Assembly: GCA_951406725.2 (NCBI GenBank) | Contig: OX597824.1 | Span: 54,870,001 to 54,934,000, forward strand | Reading direction: 5' to 3' | Origin: Octopus vulgaris | Taxonomy: Eukaryota | Length of the DNA: 64,000 nucleotides | Part shown: positions 27,901-38,430 of the stretch, in pieces | Position numbering within the stretch: the first letter of the stretch is position 1 | Layout of the letters: the number at the start of each line of letters is the position of its first letter | The notes under the pieces: generated by a model | The model's database searches: none | The model's input: only the letters and a program-made list of their open reading frames with translations | Told to the model about the DNA's origin: nothing | Position numbers and translations under genes: made by a program

Positions 27901-30219
27901 TTAATTGTTTATCGTAGACCCGTTAAGAAGTGGCTTGTATTTTGTAATAAAGAGATTTTCTTTACTTATTCGTTGTCTCGAGGTTGTATCGTCCCTAAAT
28001 TGGTAGAGGGGGAAAATTCTGAAGTTTGGTGTTTTTTTGTTGGCGCAAGTATCTATGTGTTGGCTAAAAGCTATTTTTCTGTTTTGGGGAATTTTTATCT
28101 GGGATCTGTGCAGGGCCATTCGTTTACGCAAACCATTTTTTGTTTGGCCTATGTACTGCTCTTGACACCCGGAGCAGGTTAGTGAGTATATTAGGTTCTC
28201 CGAAGCACATGTGAAGTTGCTTTTCACTGTAAACCGTTGTCCCTGTTTGAAGGAGAACTCTGATCCCTCAATTAGATAGTCGCATATCCCGCAATTGGGT
28301 CTTCCACATTTTTTTACTGTCGGCTTCTGTGTTGAAGAGTGAATTCGGGCTTGTGTAAGGAGACTTTTCATGGATCTAGGCTGTCTTTTGCTTTTTATGA
28401 TCGTGTGTGTTTGGAGGATTGTGTTCATTCTGTGGTCTTTTTTTAGGAGGGGTATGTTGTGGAGGATGGTGTCGACGGCTTCGTTATTGAGAGGGTTGTG
28501 TGTGGAGATGTATGGTAAGGCTTTTGGTTGTAAGTTTTTCTTTGATTTGGGATGTCTCAGTTCCTTGATGTTAAGTTGAAGGGCACGTTGAATGCACTTG
28601 TCAATAAGTGAAGGTGCATAGTTCCTGGTGATAAGGGTATCTTTTAGTTCTTGTAGTCGTGTGTCTCTGGTGTTTGCGTTAGAGACTATAGTGCATATCC
28701 TTTTTGCTAGATTGAAGGGGATATTCATCCTGGTGTGTCTGGGGTGGCATGAATTGAATGGAAGATATTGCTTAGAGTCTGTAGGCTTATAGTATATGTC
28801 TGTTTCTATTATATTATTAGCTTTCTTAATGAGGATATCGAGGAAGGGGAGTTGTTGTTGGCTATATTCCATCGTGAATTGGATATTTACGTCCAGTCCG
28901 TTTAAAATTTTCTGGAATTCTATGAGTTTTTCTATATTTTTATGCCAAAGGATGAAACAGTCATCTAGATATCTCTTCCAGTTGTTTTCTATGTAGATGG
29001 AGAAAGGGCTGCCATATCTTTCTAGAACCTTACGATACAGACTGATCTCTAGGTATCCTATGACTAGGTTGGCAAAGGAGGGGGCCATTCGTGTACCCAT
29101 CGCCGTCCCCGATTTTTGTCGGTAGAAGTTGTCATTGAAGGCGAAGAAGTTATTTTCCAGGATGAATTTAACCCCTTCTATCACAAATTCTTTTTTGATG
29201 CGGTGTGGTAGTTCGTTGGCGTGATTCTCTAGCCAGAATTGGATTGCCTCTAGTCCTAGGTTGTGGGGGATATTGGAGTAGAGGTTGACTACATCGAAGG
29301 ATACCAGTATGGTGTTTTTGTTTATAGTATTCGGCATATCTAAGTCGTCCCTTATATAGCTTTTGACATGTTTGAGGAGTGGTTTTAACAGGGTGTCTAA
29401 AAAGTTACTGAGGCGGTGGGTTTCGCATGCGGGACCTGCTATTATGGGTCTCAATTTGAGGTCATTAGGATTAGGGACTTTAATTATTTTGTCTGTAGCT
29501 ATCTTGCATGCGCTGCTTATTTTTTCACTTTTGTGGATCTTAGGTATACCGTAGAATTGGCTAGTTTTACTTGTGAAATTGGTCATATAATCATATTCTT
29601 TGTCGGTGAGCCCTGCTTTGTATGGGTTTAATATGGATTTTAGTTCCCTCATTATTTTTTGTTGACTGTAGTTTTGTGCCTTTTCATAGTATGTTGTGTC
29701 TTCCAGCATAGAAAGTACCAAAGTTATGTAAAATGTCGTATCCATTAAGACAACAGCACTCCCTTTATCGGCCTCTTTGATTGTTATTGTTTTATCTTGT
29801 TTTAATTTGTTCAACTCAGCCCATTCTTTTTTGCTGAAGTTTGGTTTGTGTTTTTGTTTGTGCATATGTTGATATGGGTAATTTGATATGTGGTCACAGA
29901 AATCATCAAGTGTTTTATTCTTACCTTTCGAGGGGGTGTAGTTACTCCTATTTCTGGCTAACGATTCGTCCTCGTTGTATTTATCGTATAGCTCCTCAGT
30001 AAGTCTTAATTTTCTGCAGAATTCTGCGATGTCTTCTTTCATTTCATTGTAGTTGGGGTGTTGTGGGGTGGGTGTAAACTTGAGTCCTTTGGAAAGTATG
30101 TTTATTTGGTTTGCTGTTAGTTCCTTGTGAGTTAGATTAATAAATTTTATTACTTTTGGTTCCTCCTGCTTGTTTGGTGCTATCTTGTGTCTCTGTGTTT
30201 GCGTATTGGGTCTAAAAAA
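27901..30219 (-). CDS. PLE reverse transcriptase + GIY-YIG endonuclease; the reading frame is open well upstream of the first ATG at 30042
   Basis: LSKGLKFTPTP (upstream of the ATG), ADKG, PKIHK, RPII, SFDVVNLY, GTAMG, RYLDD, FLDI, CGRPNCGIC, LIYSLTCSGCQEQYIGQT and PLLN, with no internal stops. Confidence 0.93.
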   Translation of the reverse strand, partial: FFRPNTQTQRHKIAPNKQEEPKVIKFINLTHKELTANQINILSKGLKFTPTPQHPNYNEMKEDIAEFCRKLRLTEELYDKYNEDESLARNRSNYTPSKGKNKTLDDFCDHISNYPYQHMHKQKHKPNFSKKEWAELNKLKQDKTITIKEADKGSAVVLMDTTFYITLVLSMLEDTTYYEKAQNYSQQKIMRELKSILNPYKAGLTDKEYDYMTNFTSKTSQFYGIPKIHKSEKISSACKIATDKIIKVPNPNDLKLRPIIAGPACETHRLSNFLDTLLKPLLKHVKSYIRDDLDMPNTINKNTILVSFDVVNLYSNIPHNLGLEAIQFWLENHANELPHRIKKEFVIEGVKFILENNFFAFNDNFYRQKSGTAMGTRMAPSFANLVIGYLEISLYRKVLERYGSPFSIYIENNWKRYLDDCFILWHKNIEKLIEFQKILNGLDVNIQFTMEYSQQQLPFLDILIKKANNIIETDIYYKPTDSKQYLPFNSCHPRHTRMNIPFNLAKRICTIVSNANTRDTRLQELKDTLITRNYAPSLIDKCIQRALQLNIKELRHPKSKKNLQPKALPYISTHNPLNNEAVDTILHNIPLLKKDHRMNTILQTHTIIKSKRQPRSMKSLLTQARIHSSTQKPTVKKCGRPNCGICDYLIEGSEFSFKQGQRFTVKSNFTCASENLIYSLTCSGCQEQYIGQTKNGLRKRMALHRSQIKIPQNRKIAFSQHIDTCANKKTPNFRIFPLYQFRDDTTSRQRISKENLFITKYKPLLNGSTINN

Positions 30220-31466
30220 TGAATGCGGTGGTTGGGACGGTAGCTAGTATATAGTTGTTCTTTGTTGATTAGGGGTCTCCTGTTGTGATTTATGGTGTGT
30301 GTTCTTGGAGCAGTATTGAGGAGAGCATCCCGATATCCCATATTCGGGTGTGGTGTTCTAGGAGGCCTTCGTTGGTAATCATTGCAAGTGGTGTGGGTTT
30401 GTTGTGCATGGTTGTTTAACCGGTTAATGGGACGAAGATTTCGTTGGTAACTCCTTTGGGTGGGGATGAGGTTGCAGTGTCTATGCTGTGGGTGTTGATT
30501 TATCCTTTCTCTGCTTGAAGTGGGGGTATTCCTGATATTGTATCGCTGGCTGCTTACAGAGTTAGGGTTAGGTCCTGTATTCTTTTTTTGATAGTAGTGA
30601 AGGTTCCGATTTTTAGACAGGTGTGTATCGGTGTTTGGGTGTTGTTTTGGTTTTCTTATTTTCTGGAAAGGGTTGTTGGAGGCGTGCTCTGTTTGAAAGA
30701 CGGCTTCATAGTCTGAGAACCAAGTGGCGCTTTTCTCCCAGCGTTGGAGAGATTTTAGTTCTTCTTTTTCACAGTCCTCTTTCCATAGTTTGGAGAACTT
30801 CTCTTGATCTGGGCCTTGGGTCATTTTGCGAATTTCTTCGTTGATATCTTCATCGGTGGATTTTATTTTATCCTCATTCGTTTGGGCCCTCAATTTCAGA
30901 AGTTCTATTTCCATTTTCATTTTTTCCAGTGCCATTCTCTCCCTGAGGTGTCTTTGTGTTTCAGGTTCTTCTGTAATAGCTTTGAACTGGAATTTACGTG
31001 GGAGGATTAACGGGGTCCGGTTGAGCCATTTTTCGTATATATCCGCTTTGTTGTTGTTTTGGATCATCTTCCAAAAGGCGAACTTTCTATCTCTGAGTGA
31101 TTTGTTCCATTGTGGTATTATGTGGTGTTTCATTTGGTATGTTGTTAGAGTATTGATCCCATATATTGACGCGTTTGGAGGTCCTTGGTTAGCGTTGTTA
31201 GAGAAAAATGTTCTAATTGTTTCGCATAAGTTTCCAAGGTTTTCGACAATTTCGGAGGTTGTATTTTTCGTATCTGTTTCTTCATTGTTCTCTCGATTGG
31301 GTTGAAGTGTCGAGTCGAATTTGTTCAAAAAAGTTGACAAATTTGTGTTGATTTTCTTGAGTTCTTTCAGTATTTCTTCGTTTATGGAGGTGATTGTGTC
31401 TGTTTTTGTCGGCATTTTCTGTATCTCGTGTGGGTTAATGATATGTATAAGGGTGAAAAGGAACAC
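30180..31466 (-). CDS. PLE upstream ORF1 (428 aa; charged helical/coiled-coil middle, basic N/R/Q/H-rich tail); likely ATG start at MPTKTD
   Basis: Uninterrupted ORF between the 5' pLTR and RT. It overlaps the RT frame by ~40 nt after the slippery site. Function is inferred only. Confidence 0.8.
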   Translation of the reverse strand: MFLFTLIHIINPHEIQKMPTKTDTITSINEEILKELKKINTNLSTFLNKFDSTLQPNRENNEETDTKNTTSEIVENLGNLCETIRTFFSNNANQGPPNASIYGINTLTTYQMKHHIIPQWNKSLRDRKFAFWKMIQNNNKADIYEKWLNRTPLILPRKFQFKAITEEPETQRHLRERMALEKMKMEIELLKLRAQTNEDKIKSTDEDINEEIRKMTQGPDQEKFSKLWKEDCEKEELKSLQRWEKSATWFSDYEAVFQTEHASNNPFQKIRKPKQHPNTDTHLSKNRNLHYYQKKNTGPNPNSVSSQRYNIRNTPTSSRERINQHPQHRHCNLIPTQRSYQRNLRPINRLNNHAQQTHTTCNDYQRRPPRTPHPNMGYRDALLNTAPRTHTINHNRRPLINKEQLYTSYRPNHRIHFLDPIRKHRDTR

Positions 31467-32250
31467 ACGAGTTGATATATATGAAAAAACAAGTCAAAAA
31501 TAGAAAATGCTAAAATAATTTTATAGTGAACATTTCAGTACCGGTTTCGGTCATTTTGAGACCTTTTCAACTGTAACGATTAAATAATTAAATTTAGAAA
31601 AATTAGAAGAAAAGTTTTTTTAAAAGAATATTTCTATAGTAGTGTTCAGATTTAAGTGGCATTCTGCCTTTCTCTGACTCCCTTGTTTGCACTTGTGCGT
31701 TGGAGGTCGTTGTGAGTTCTTGGTAGGGTAGTAGAGGAAGAAGGCTGGTGAGGAAAGGGGGTGGAAGAATCTGGGAGTGCCCTGATGGTCGTATTTTGAA
31801 TGGTCAGTGGCGGCTGGCAGTCTCAGTTCAATTCAGGAGAATATTTATATTGACAGGCTTGTTTATAGAATTAGCGTAGGTGTTATACTAAAAAACATTA
31901 GTGACAAAGTTAAGGGGTAGGGGGTGGAGAAGTAGAAGAAGAAGAGAAGAAGAAGAAGAAGAAGAAGAAGAAGAAGAAGAAGGAGAAGGAGAAGGAGAAG
32001 ATGACGATGATGGTGATGGTGGTGATGATTATGACGACGATGATGATGATAATAATGATGATGATGAAGAAGAAGAAGAAGAAGAAGGAGGAGGAAGGAG
32101 GAGAAGGAGAAGATGGTGGTGATGATGGTGGTGATGATGATGACGACGATATTTATTTATTTATTTATTTATATTTATTTATTTATTTATATATATTTAT
32201 TTATTTATTTATATATATTTATTTATATATATATATAAATATATAAATAA

Positions 32251-32290
<40 letters not shown>

Positions 32291-32292
<2 letters not shown>

Positions 32293-32699
32293 CAGGAGTG
32301 GCTGTGTGGTAAGTAGCTTGTTTACCAACCACATGGTTCCGGGTTCATTCCCACTGTGTGGCACCTTGGGCAAGTGTCTTCTACTATAGCCTCGGGCCGA
32401 CCAAAGCCTTGTGAGTGGATTTGGTAGACGGAAACTGAAAGAAGCCCGTCGTATATATGTATATATATGCGTGTGTGTGTTTGTGTGTTTGTCCCCCTAG
32501 CATTGCTTGACAACTGATGCTGGTGTGTTTATGTCCCCGTTACTTAGCGGTTCGGCAAAAGAGACCGATAGAATAAGTACTGGGCTTACAAAAGAATAAG
32601 TCCCGGTGTCGAGTTGCTCGATTAAAGGCGGTGCTCCAGCATGGCCGCAGTCAAATGACTGAAACAAGTAAAAGAGTAAAAGAGTAAAGAGTAAAGAGT
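32291..32699 (+). mobile_element. tRNA-derived SINE, same family as 4465-4842
   Basis: Same head and body; (AAAGAGT)n tail. Confidence 0.9.
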
Positions 32700-32716
32700 A
32701 TATATATTTATTTATA

Positions 32717-34309
32717 TCTCTATATATATAAAACTGAGAATGTGTGTCTGTCTGTCTGTGTTTCCCTAAAACTTGAGAACTATACAACCAATTTCATTCA
32801 AATTTTACACATGCCTTACTTAGGGTCCATGTAGTTTCATGGGCAAAAAATGTTCAACTTCTTCCCTAGGGCGAGCCCATAGCAATATCATATCTTCTCC
32901 ACTATTTCAGTATTATGTGTTAAAAGTGAAACAAAAACATTTCTCTATTTTATGTCAGATACTTTCACTTTAACAATAAAAATTAGCGATAATAATAACA
33001 ATTGAATTATATGTAGTAAGTAATAATTAAAATCGAACTAAAGTATAATATAATCGTAACATAACAAAAGTAAAAATAGCAATTGGTATAAAATTGCATC
33101 AATGACTCGAACTTGAATAAGTGGTTTCACATGAATGGGAATAAATTAAAAATAAAATTAGTGTGCAGAAATGGAATAGTCCAGATGGAGCTGCGCACAT
33201 ACCTTTTACCACGGCTTTTACATTAGATTATCTGCTAATTAGCTAGCATTAAGTATCTATATGAAGTTTGGCTGTATGTAATGTCTGTTTTCTCGAACAG
33301 CTGCTTCTACTGAGTACTGCTGTTGGTTTATTTCTTATACATAAAGGACTATAGCTTCAACTGCGTACTGCTTTTTGATTCACCGTAAGGTTTGTTGTTA
33401 TTATTATTACTGTTTAACTATTGTTATCACGTTTGTTGGTTCCTCGAAAGGGAAACGTTGTTGTGTTGCATTTGTTAAATAATTGTAAACCGTAACCCTC
33501 CCCCTTTGTGAGAAGGAGCTTTGATTATTGTTTAAAAATTGAATTGTGTCCCTGTTTGGGGAAATTGACAATATTTTCACAATACGGAAGCATTTTTGTT
33601 AAAATGCCTTCGATAGAAGAAAGTCTAAAAATGAATTTCGCTGCAGCCGTCGGCGAGCGCAAACTCATTAAAATTAAAATAGAAGAAATACAAACTTATT
33701 TCGGATTGATCACCGACAAAGACGGTGAATCTAGGATAACACCACCAAACGAAATAAAAAATTAAATTAAAGAAAAGACTATTGTCTATAAAGTATACAA
33801 TGTAGAGAAAAAAACAAGATTTGAACACCTGGAGGAAAGCACCATCGAAAAGTATCTTGGTGCGACTATGAAAGATAGCAAGTATCTAACCAGAGGCGGT
33901 AAATTCACCACAATAGAAGCAAGGTTCGAGTCAACGGAGCGTGCAAGGAAGTACTCGACTTGAAACTTACAAAGTGGAAATATTTTACTTTTACCTTTAT
34001 ATCTGGGACGTAGGACGTCCCGGATAAAAATTAAAAATGTCCCCCCCAGAAGTAGAGGTAGGCTGGATTGTAGCCACACTTCTATACAAGAGGGAGGACA
34101 AGATACAATTGATCGAAATTGTAAGAGTCAGGCCTACAATTCCAGTCTGTTATATATTTTGAGTATTGTTATCACAAGATATAACTTTGTATTTTGTATT
34201 TTATGTGTAGATGTATATATATAGATGTACATGTAATATGTACACATATATATACACATATATATATGCACTAGCACTATGACCTGGCAACGACGGGTCA
34301 TAATGCTAG
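32717..34309 (+). mobile_element. Non-autonomous Helitron carrying a LINE ORF1-like fragment (33600-34130)
   Basis: 5' TC, 3' hairpin gacctggcaacgacgggtc followed by CTAG, inserted between A and T. The internal decayed frame reads KYLTRGGKFTTIEARFES..LLPLYLGRRTSRIKIKNVPP. Confidence 0.85.
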
Positions 34310-34369
34310 TATATATATATATATTTATTTATACATACACACACACACACACGCACACACACACACACC

Positions 34370-34632
34370 CAGAGTTCTACACATGTTTTGTTTTTTGAAA
34401 ATACAACATTGAACAAAGGCTATCCTAATATTTTAATGAAACCATTTCACTTTAATTTGTGGAACCAGTTGCTCCTGTATGATAAAACTTAATATTCATT
34501 TCACTGTCAATCTGTGAGATATTAGACTAAATCAATTGAAGATCAGACAACAGACTCAGTAGTTGTCAATTTGTATTCTATCATTTGTAAATTCAACACA
34601 AGAAAGTCTCTTTTTCAAGTATGGACTGTATT

Positions 34633-34666
<34 letters not shown>

Positions 34667-34900
34667 CTACACATATGCTTTGATTTTTGAAAAATACAAC
34701 ATTGAACAAAGGATATTCTAATATTTGAATGAAACCATTTTACTTTAATTTGTGGAAACATTTGCTCCTGTATGATAAAACTTAATATCTATATTAGACT
34801 AAATCAATTGAAGATCAGACAACAGACTCAGCAATTGTCAGTTTGTGTTCTGTCATTTGTAACTTCAACACAAGAGAGTCTCTTTTTCAAGTATGGACTT
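34370..34900. repeat. Tandem duplication of a ~270-290-bp unit separated by (CA)n
   Basis: agttctacacat...ctttttcaagtatggact occurs twice. Confidence 0.75.
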
Positions 34901-34982
34901 TATGAAAATTTACTCATCATACATTGAAGGACAAATCTTTCAATTTACAATTTAATATAGTGGAGCATTTAGTATATGTGTG

Positions 34983-35025
<43 letters not shown>

Positions 35026-35130
35026 TTCTTTCCTTCTTTCCTTCTTTCCTGACCGTCCAATAATACTATATTTGTTCCACGTCCTCGCGCTGTTGTGTTT
35101 TTTTTTGTGTTTTCTTGTTTGGATTAACTT

Positions 35131-35177
<47 letters not shown>

Positions 35178-35344
35178 CCTATTATATACATTATATTATT
35201 TTTGTAATTTAATCTTTACTTTTTAATTGTCATTTTAATTTTAACTTTTTTATGATATGTAATTTTCTAGATGGTGTAATTTAATTGTTCATTTTGAATA
35301 GATAAAAGGTGGTTTTTTTCTAATATTTTATGTATATTAATATA

Positions 35345-38300
35345 AATACATGAAAGTACATGAAGTTTGTTAAAAAAAGCGGATCATGTATATGTTCCTT
35401 GTTTTTCCTGGTGGAGCATATACAAAAAGGTTTCTTTTGGTTCCTACTCTTGAGCAGCCAACATACAGTTGCCCATGCGAGAAGTAGGGCTCTTCCAAGA
35501 GAAGACCAGCTACAGAGAGGGTTTGACCCTCAGATTTGTTAATGGACATGGCAAAGCTGCAGTCTTCTGAATGTAAATGGAATTTCTGCTCCTGATGGAG
35601 TAAGAGGAATTCTTGGAATAAAGACGTCATCACCTTTTCCACACCCGGAAAGAATGATCGCCTCGATAACGTGTGACATCATTTTCTTTATCAACAGTCG
35701 TGTTCCATTGCAAAGTCTTGGTGGTTCCAGATTGCGGAGTAGCATTACAGGAGTTCCAACTTTAAGTGCTAATATGTGAGCAGGTAGTCCAGGAGGCTCC
35801 AGTGAATTGAGAAATTCAGGAGGATAGTTCACAACATCATTTATATCTGGAATTGTATCAACAGACTTGTAAGTGTGTATAGTGCCGGGAAGAGAATGCA
35901 TTAGCTGTTGATTAATTTTGTTAACAGCGACGTTATTTGGAGCTAATATTGCTCTTTCACACAGCCAATTGTGATTTTGGTAGTTTTGTGTGAAGTTGAG
36001 GTCATCTACAGAATTAACAACAAAGGAAAATGACCACACTTCCATTTGTCCAGCAGCACCGAGACGCATCTTGCCTTTACCAAGTGTCAAAATGTCCTGT
36101 GCAAACTTTGTGGACATTTTGTCACCGTGTAGCTGAGCTCTCATGTTAGTGGTGAGACTGAGGATTGTAACATGATGCCACAGTCTCGGGTGTCTTTCAT
36201 GGTTCTATCTAATGCTTCCAAAGCTCCCATGTGAGCCATAGTGCACTCGTCCCAGACAATTAGATGACACATTTTAAGTACTTGTCCCTGATCTGAGCTT
36301 TTGATGATGTTGCATGAAGGCATTTCGGATGCTGCTAAATTGAGAGGGAGCTTAAAAGTTGAGTGTGCTGTCCTGCCACCGGGTAACAAAGTAGCTGCAA
36401 TGCCAGAGGAGGCTACAGCTACCGCAATGTCCTGATGCTGCCTAATTTCAGCAAAGAGAAGCTTTGTAATAAATGTTTTTCCTGTCCTTCCAGGAACATC
36501 GAGGAAGAAGATTCGTCCCTTGTGTTGGCGTACATTGTTAAGAATAGTTCTGTAGGCCTGCAGCTGGTCCGGAAGTAATTTAGGCTCATTTTCAACAATG
36601 TACTTTGAAAGCGCTTGAGTGTCGTAGGTTGTTTCACGAATGACAGCAGTGGAAAGGCTATTTGACCCTGACCTGAATGCTTGTGGCAGGCCATACGTCG
36701 ACAATTTATTTCCACCCAGTTTAGTAATTCTGTCTTCAATGTCAATGAGTGTTTTGTTATAGATTTCATTGCTGATACCCTCCATGTCCGGATAGAGCAG
36801 TTGAGGTTGGCGCTGAAAGTCTTCAGACAGGTTGTCTCTATATTTGAGCCATAAAGTGGCCGGATCACACAGTTCGCATGCCTGTAGTAATAATGCAAAT
36901 AGTGCCCTGAGACTTTTAAGTGATTGTGATAAAGCAGCCTCTCCTAAAGTTGTGTAACGGTAATGAGTCGCTGATTGCACTTTTTGGGTGCAATTGGTGC
37001 AATCACGATTTCCGTTGCTTTACTTTCCAGACTCTACCAGTCAGAAACAACAAGACGCAAACGTAAAAAATATATATACTCTTTATTGTCTTATCCAACA
37101 CGAAATAAGTGGTGTATCGGGTATCCCTTGGTTCTGGGCGTGCAAGGCTGAACTTTAACGCTGTAAGATTTTACAATGTTCAACTGCAAACAGAACTGGT
37201 CAAAATGGCGTCAGGAGAGAGCGAAGATAATACGCGTCTGCTTCAATGAAAGGCTTTCTGCTGTCTGCTGTCTGCCGTGTCTCTGGACGCTTAGTTGGTC
37301 AACGTTTTTACGCTCCCTTGCCTCTTTGTTATGGTTCGCTTTCCCCTGCCATTCAACTAATGCCACGACAGCAAATCCCTTCTTCCGGTCTTCGCGCATG
37401 CGTGAGAGGGCTCTTCCCCTCTGCCTTGGTGAAGGCACCAACCCCGCACGCGCGCGCACAGTTGTATAGGATCACTACAGTTGCATCTCATTGTGCACCA
37501 TCTTCTAACAGACCTTGTCGATAGCAGGCTTCTCTGTATGTTGTGCACAAATGTCCATGAACGGTTTTTAGGGCCTGGAAAGACGTTGGCCGGCTGACTT
37601 CATGCAGTAGTAGACGAAGGTAGAATCACTCTTGTTGAGTGGGATGCACTGTGTATACTCACCCAAGGCAAGTGTGAAACTTAATGCCAGGGTATCCATG
37701 AACATTTTGACCTGCTTTCCGTGGGGCCAATTTTTTCCATTCCAAGTGTTACACGATGGTATCTGTGGATACAGCAAGGTTTGAGCGAATGGATCCACTT
37801 GACAAAGCTTGAAGAATGCAGTGAGTGTGCTATCCCTTGGTTCATCTGCCAACAGAGAAGCATTAGCATCGGTGAAGTATGGGTAGATATATTATGCATG
37901 TATATATGTGTATATATATGTGTGTACATATTATATGTACATCTATATATATACATCTACACATAAAATACAAAATACAAAGTTATATCTCCATATCGCT
38001 AGTGATAACAATACTCAAAATATATAACAGACTGGAATTGTAGGCCCGTCTCTTGCAATTTCGATCAATTGGATCTTGTCCTCCCTCTTGTATAGAAGTG
38101 TACGACTGCAGCGAAATTCAATTTTGGACTTTCTTCTATCGAAGGCATTTTAACAAAAATGCTTTCGTAACGACGGTGAAAATATTGTCAATTTTCCCAA
38201 ACAGGGACACAATTCAATTTTTAAGCAATAACCAAAGCCCCTTCTCCGAAAGGGGGAGGGTTACGATTTACAATTATTTAACAAATGCAACACAACAACG

Positions 38301-38430
38301 TTTCCCTGACGAGGAACCAACAAACGTGATTACAATAGTCAAACTGTAATAATAATAACAACAAACCTTTTTAATGTATCCCCATTTATGTGAAACCACT
38401 TATTCAAGTTCAAGTCATTGATGCAATTTT
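35345..38430 (-). mobile_element. Decayed Helitron with PIF1-like helicase (Rep domain not seen)
   Basis: STLTAFFKLC, FLDVPGRTGKT, IVWDECTM, LKVGTPVMLLRNL..LCNGTRL, FAMSINKSEGQTL and SHGQLYVGCSRV. The upstream part 37900-38430 is homologous to the interior of the 32717 element. Confidence 0.92.
36953..37479 (-). mobile_element. Solo LTR inserted in the Helitron helicase ORF
   Basis: TG...CA ends and a 4-bp TSD GTTG on both sides. Removal restores ...EDGAQ*DAT|LGEAAL. Confidence 0.9.

Larger units (their letters stand above)
27160..32150 (-). mobile_element. Near-intact Neptune-type Penelope-like retroelement with direct pseudo-LTRs (about 27160-27770 and 31476-32100)
   Basis: The two pLTRs are almost identical apart from the (GAA)/(GAT) tracts, each has an HHR, and two ORFs lie between them. 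Confidence 0.95.
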
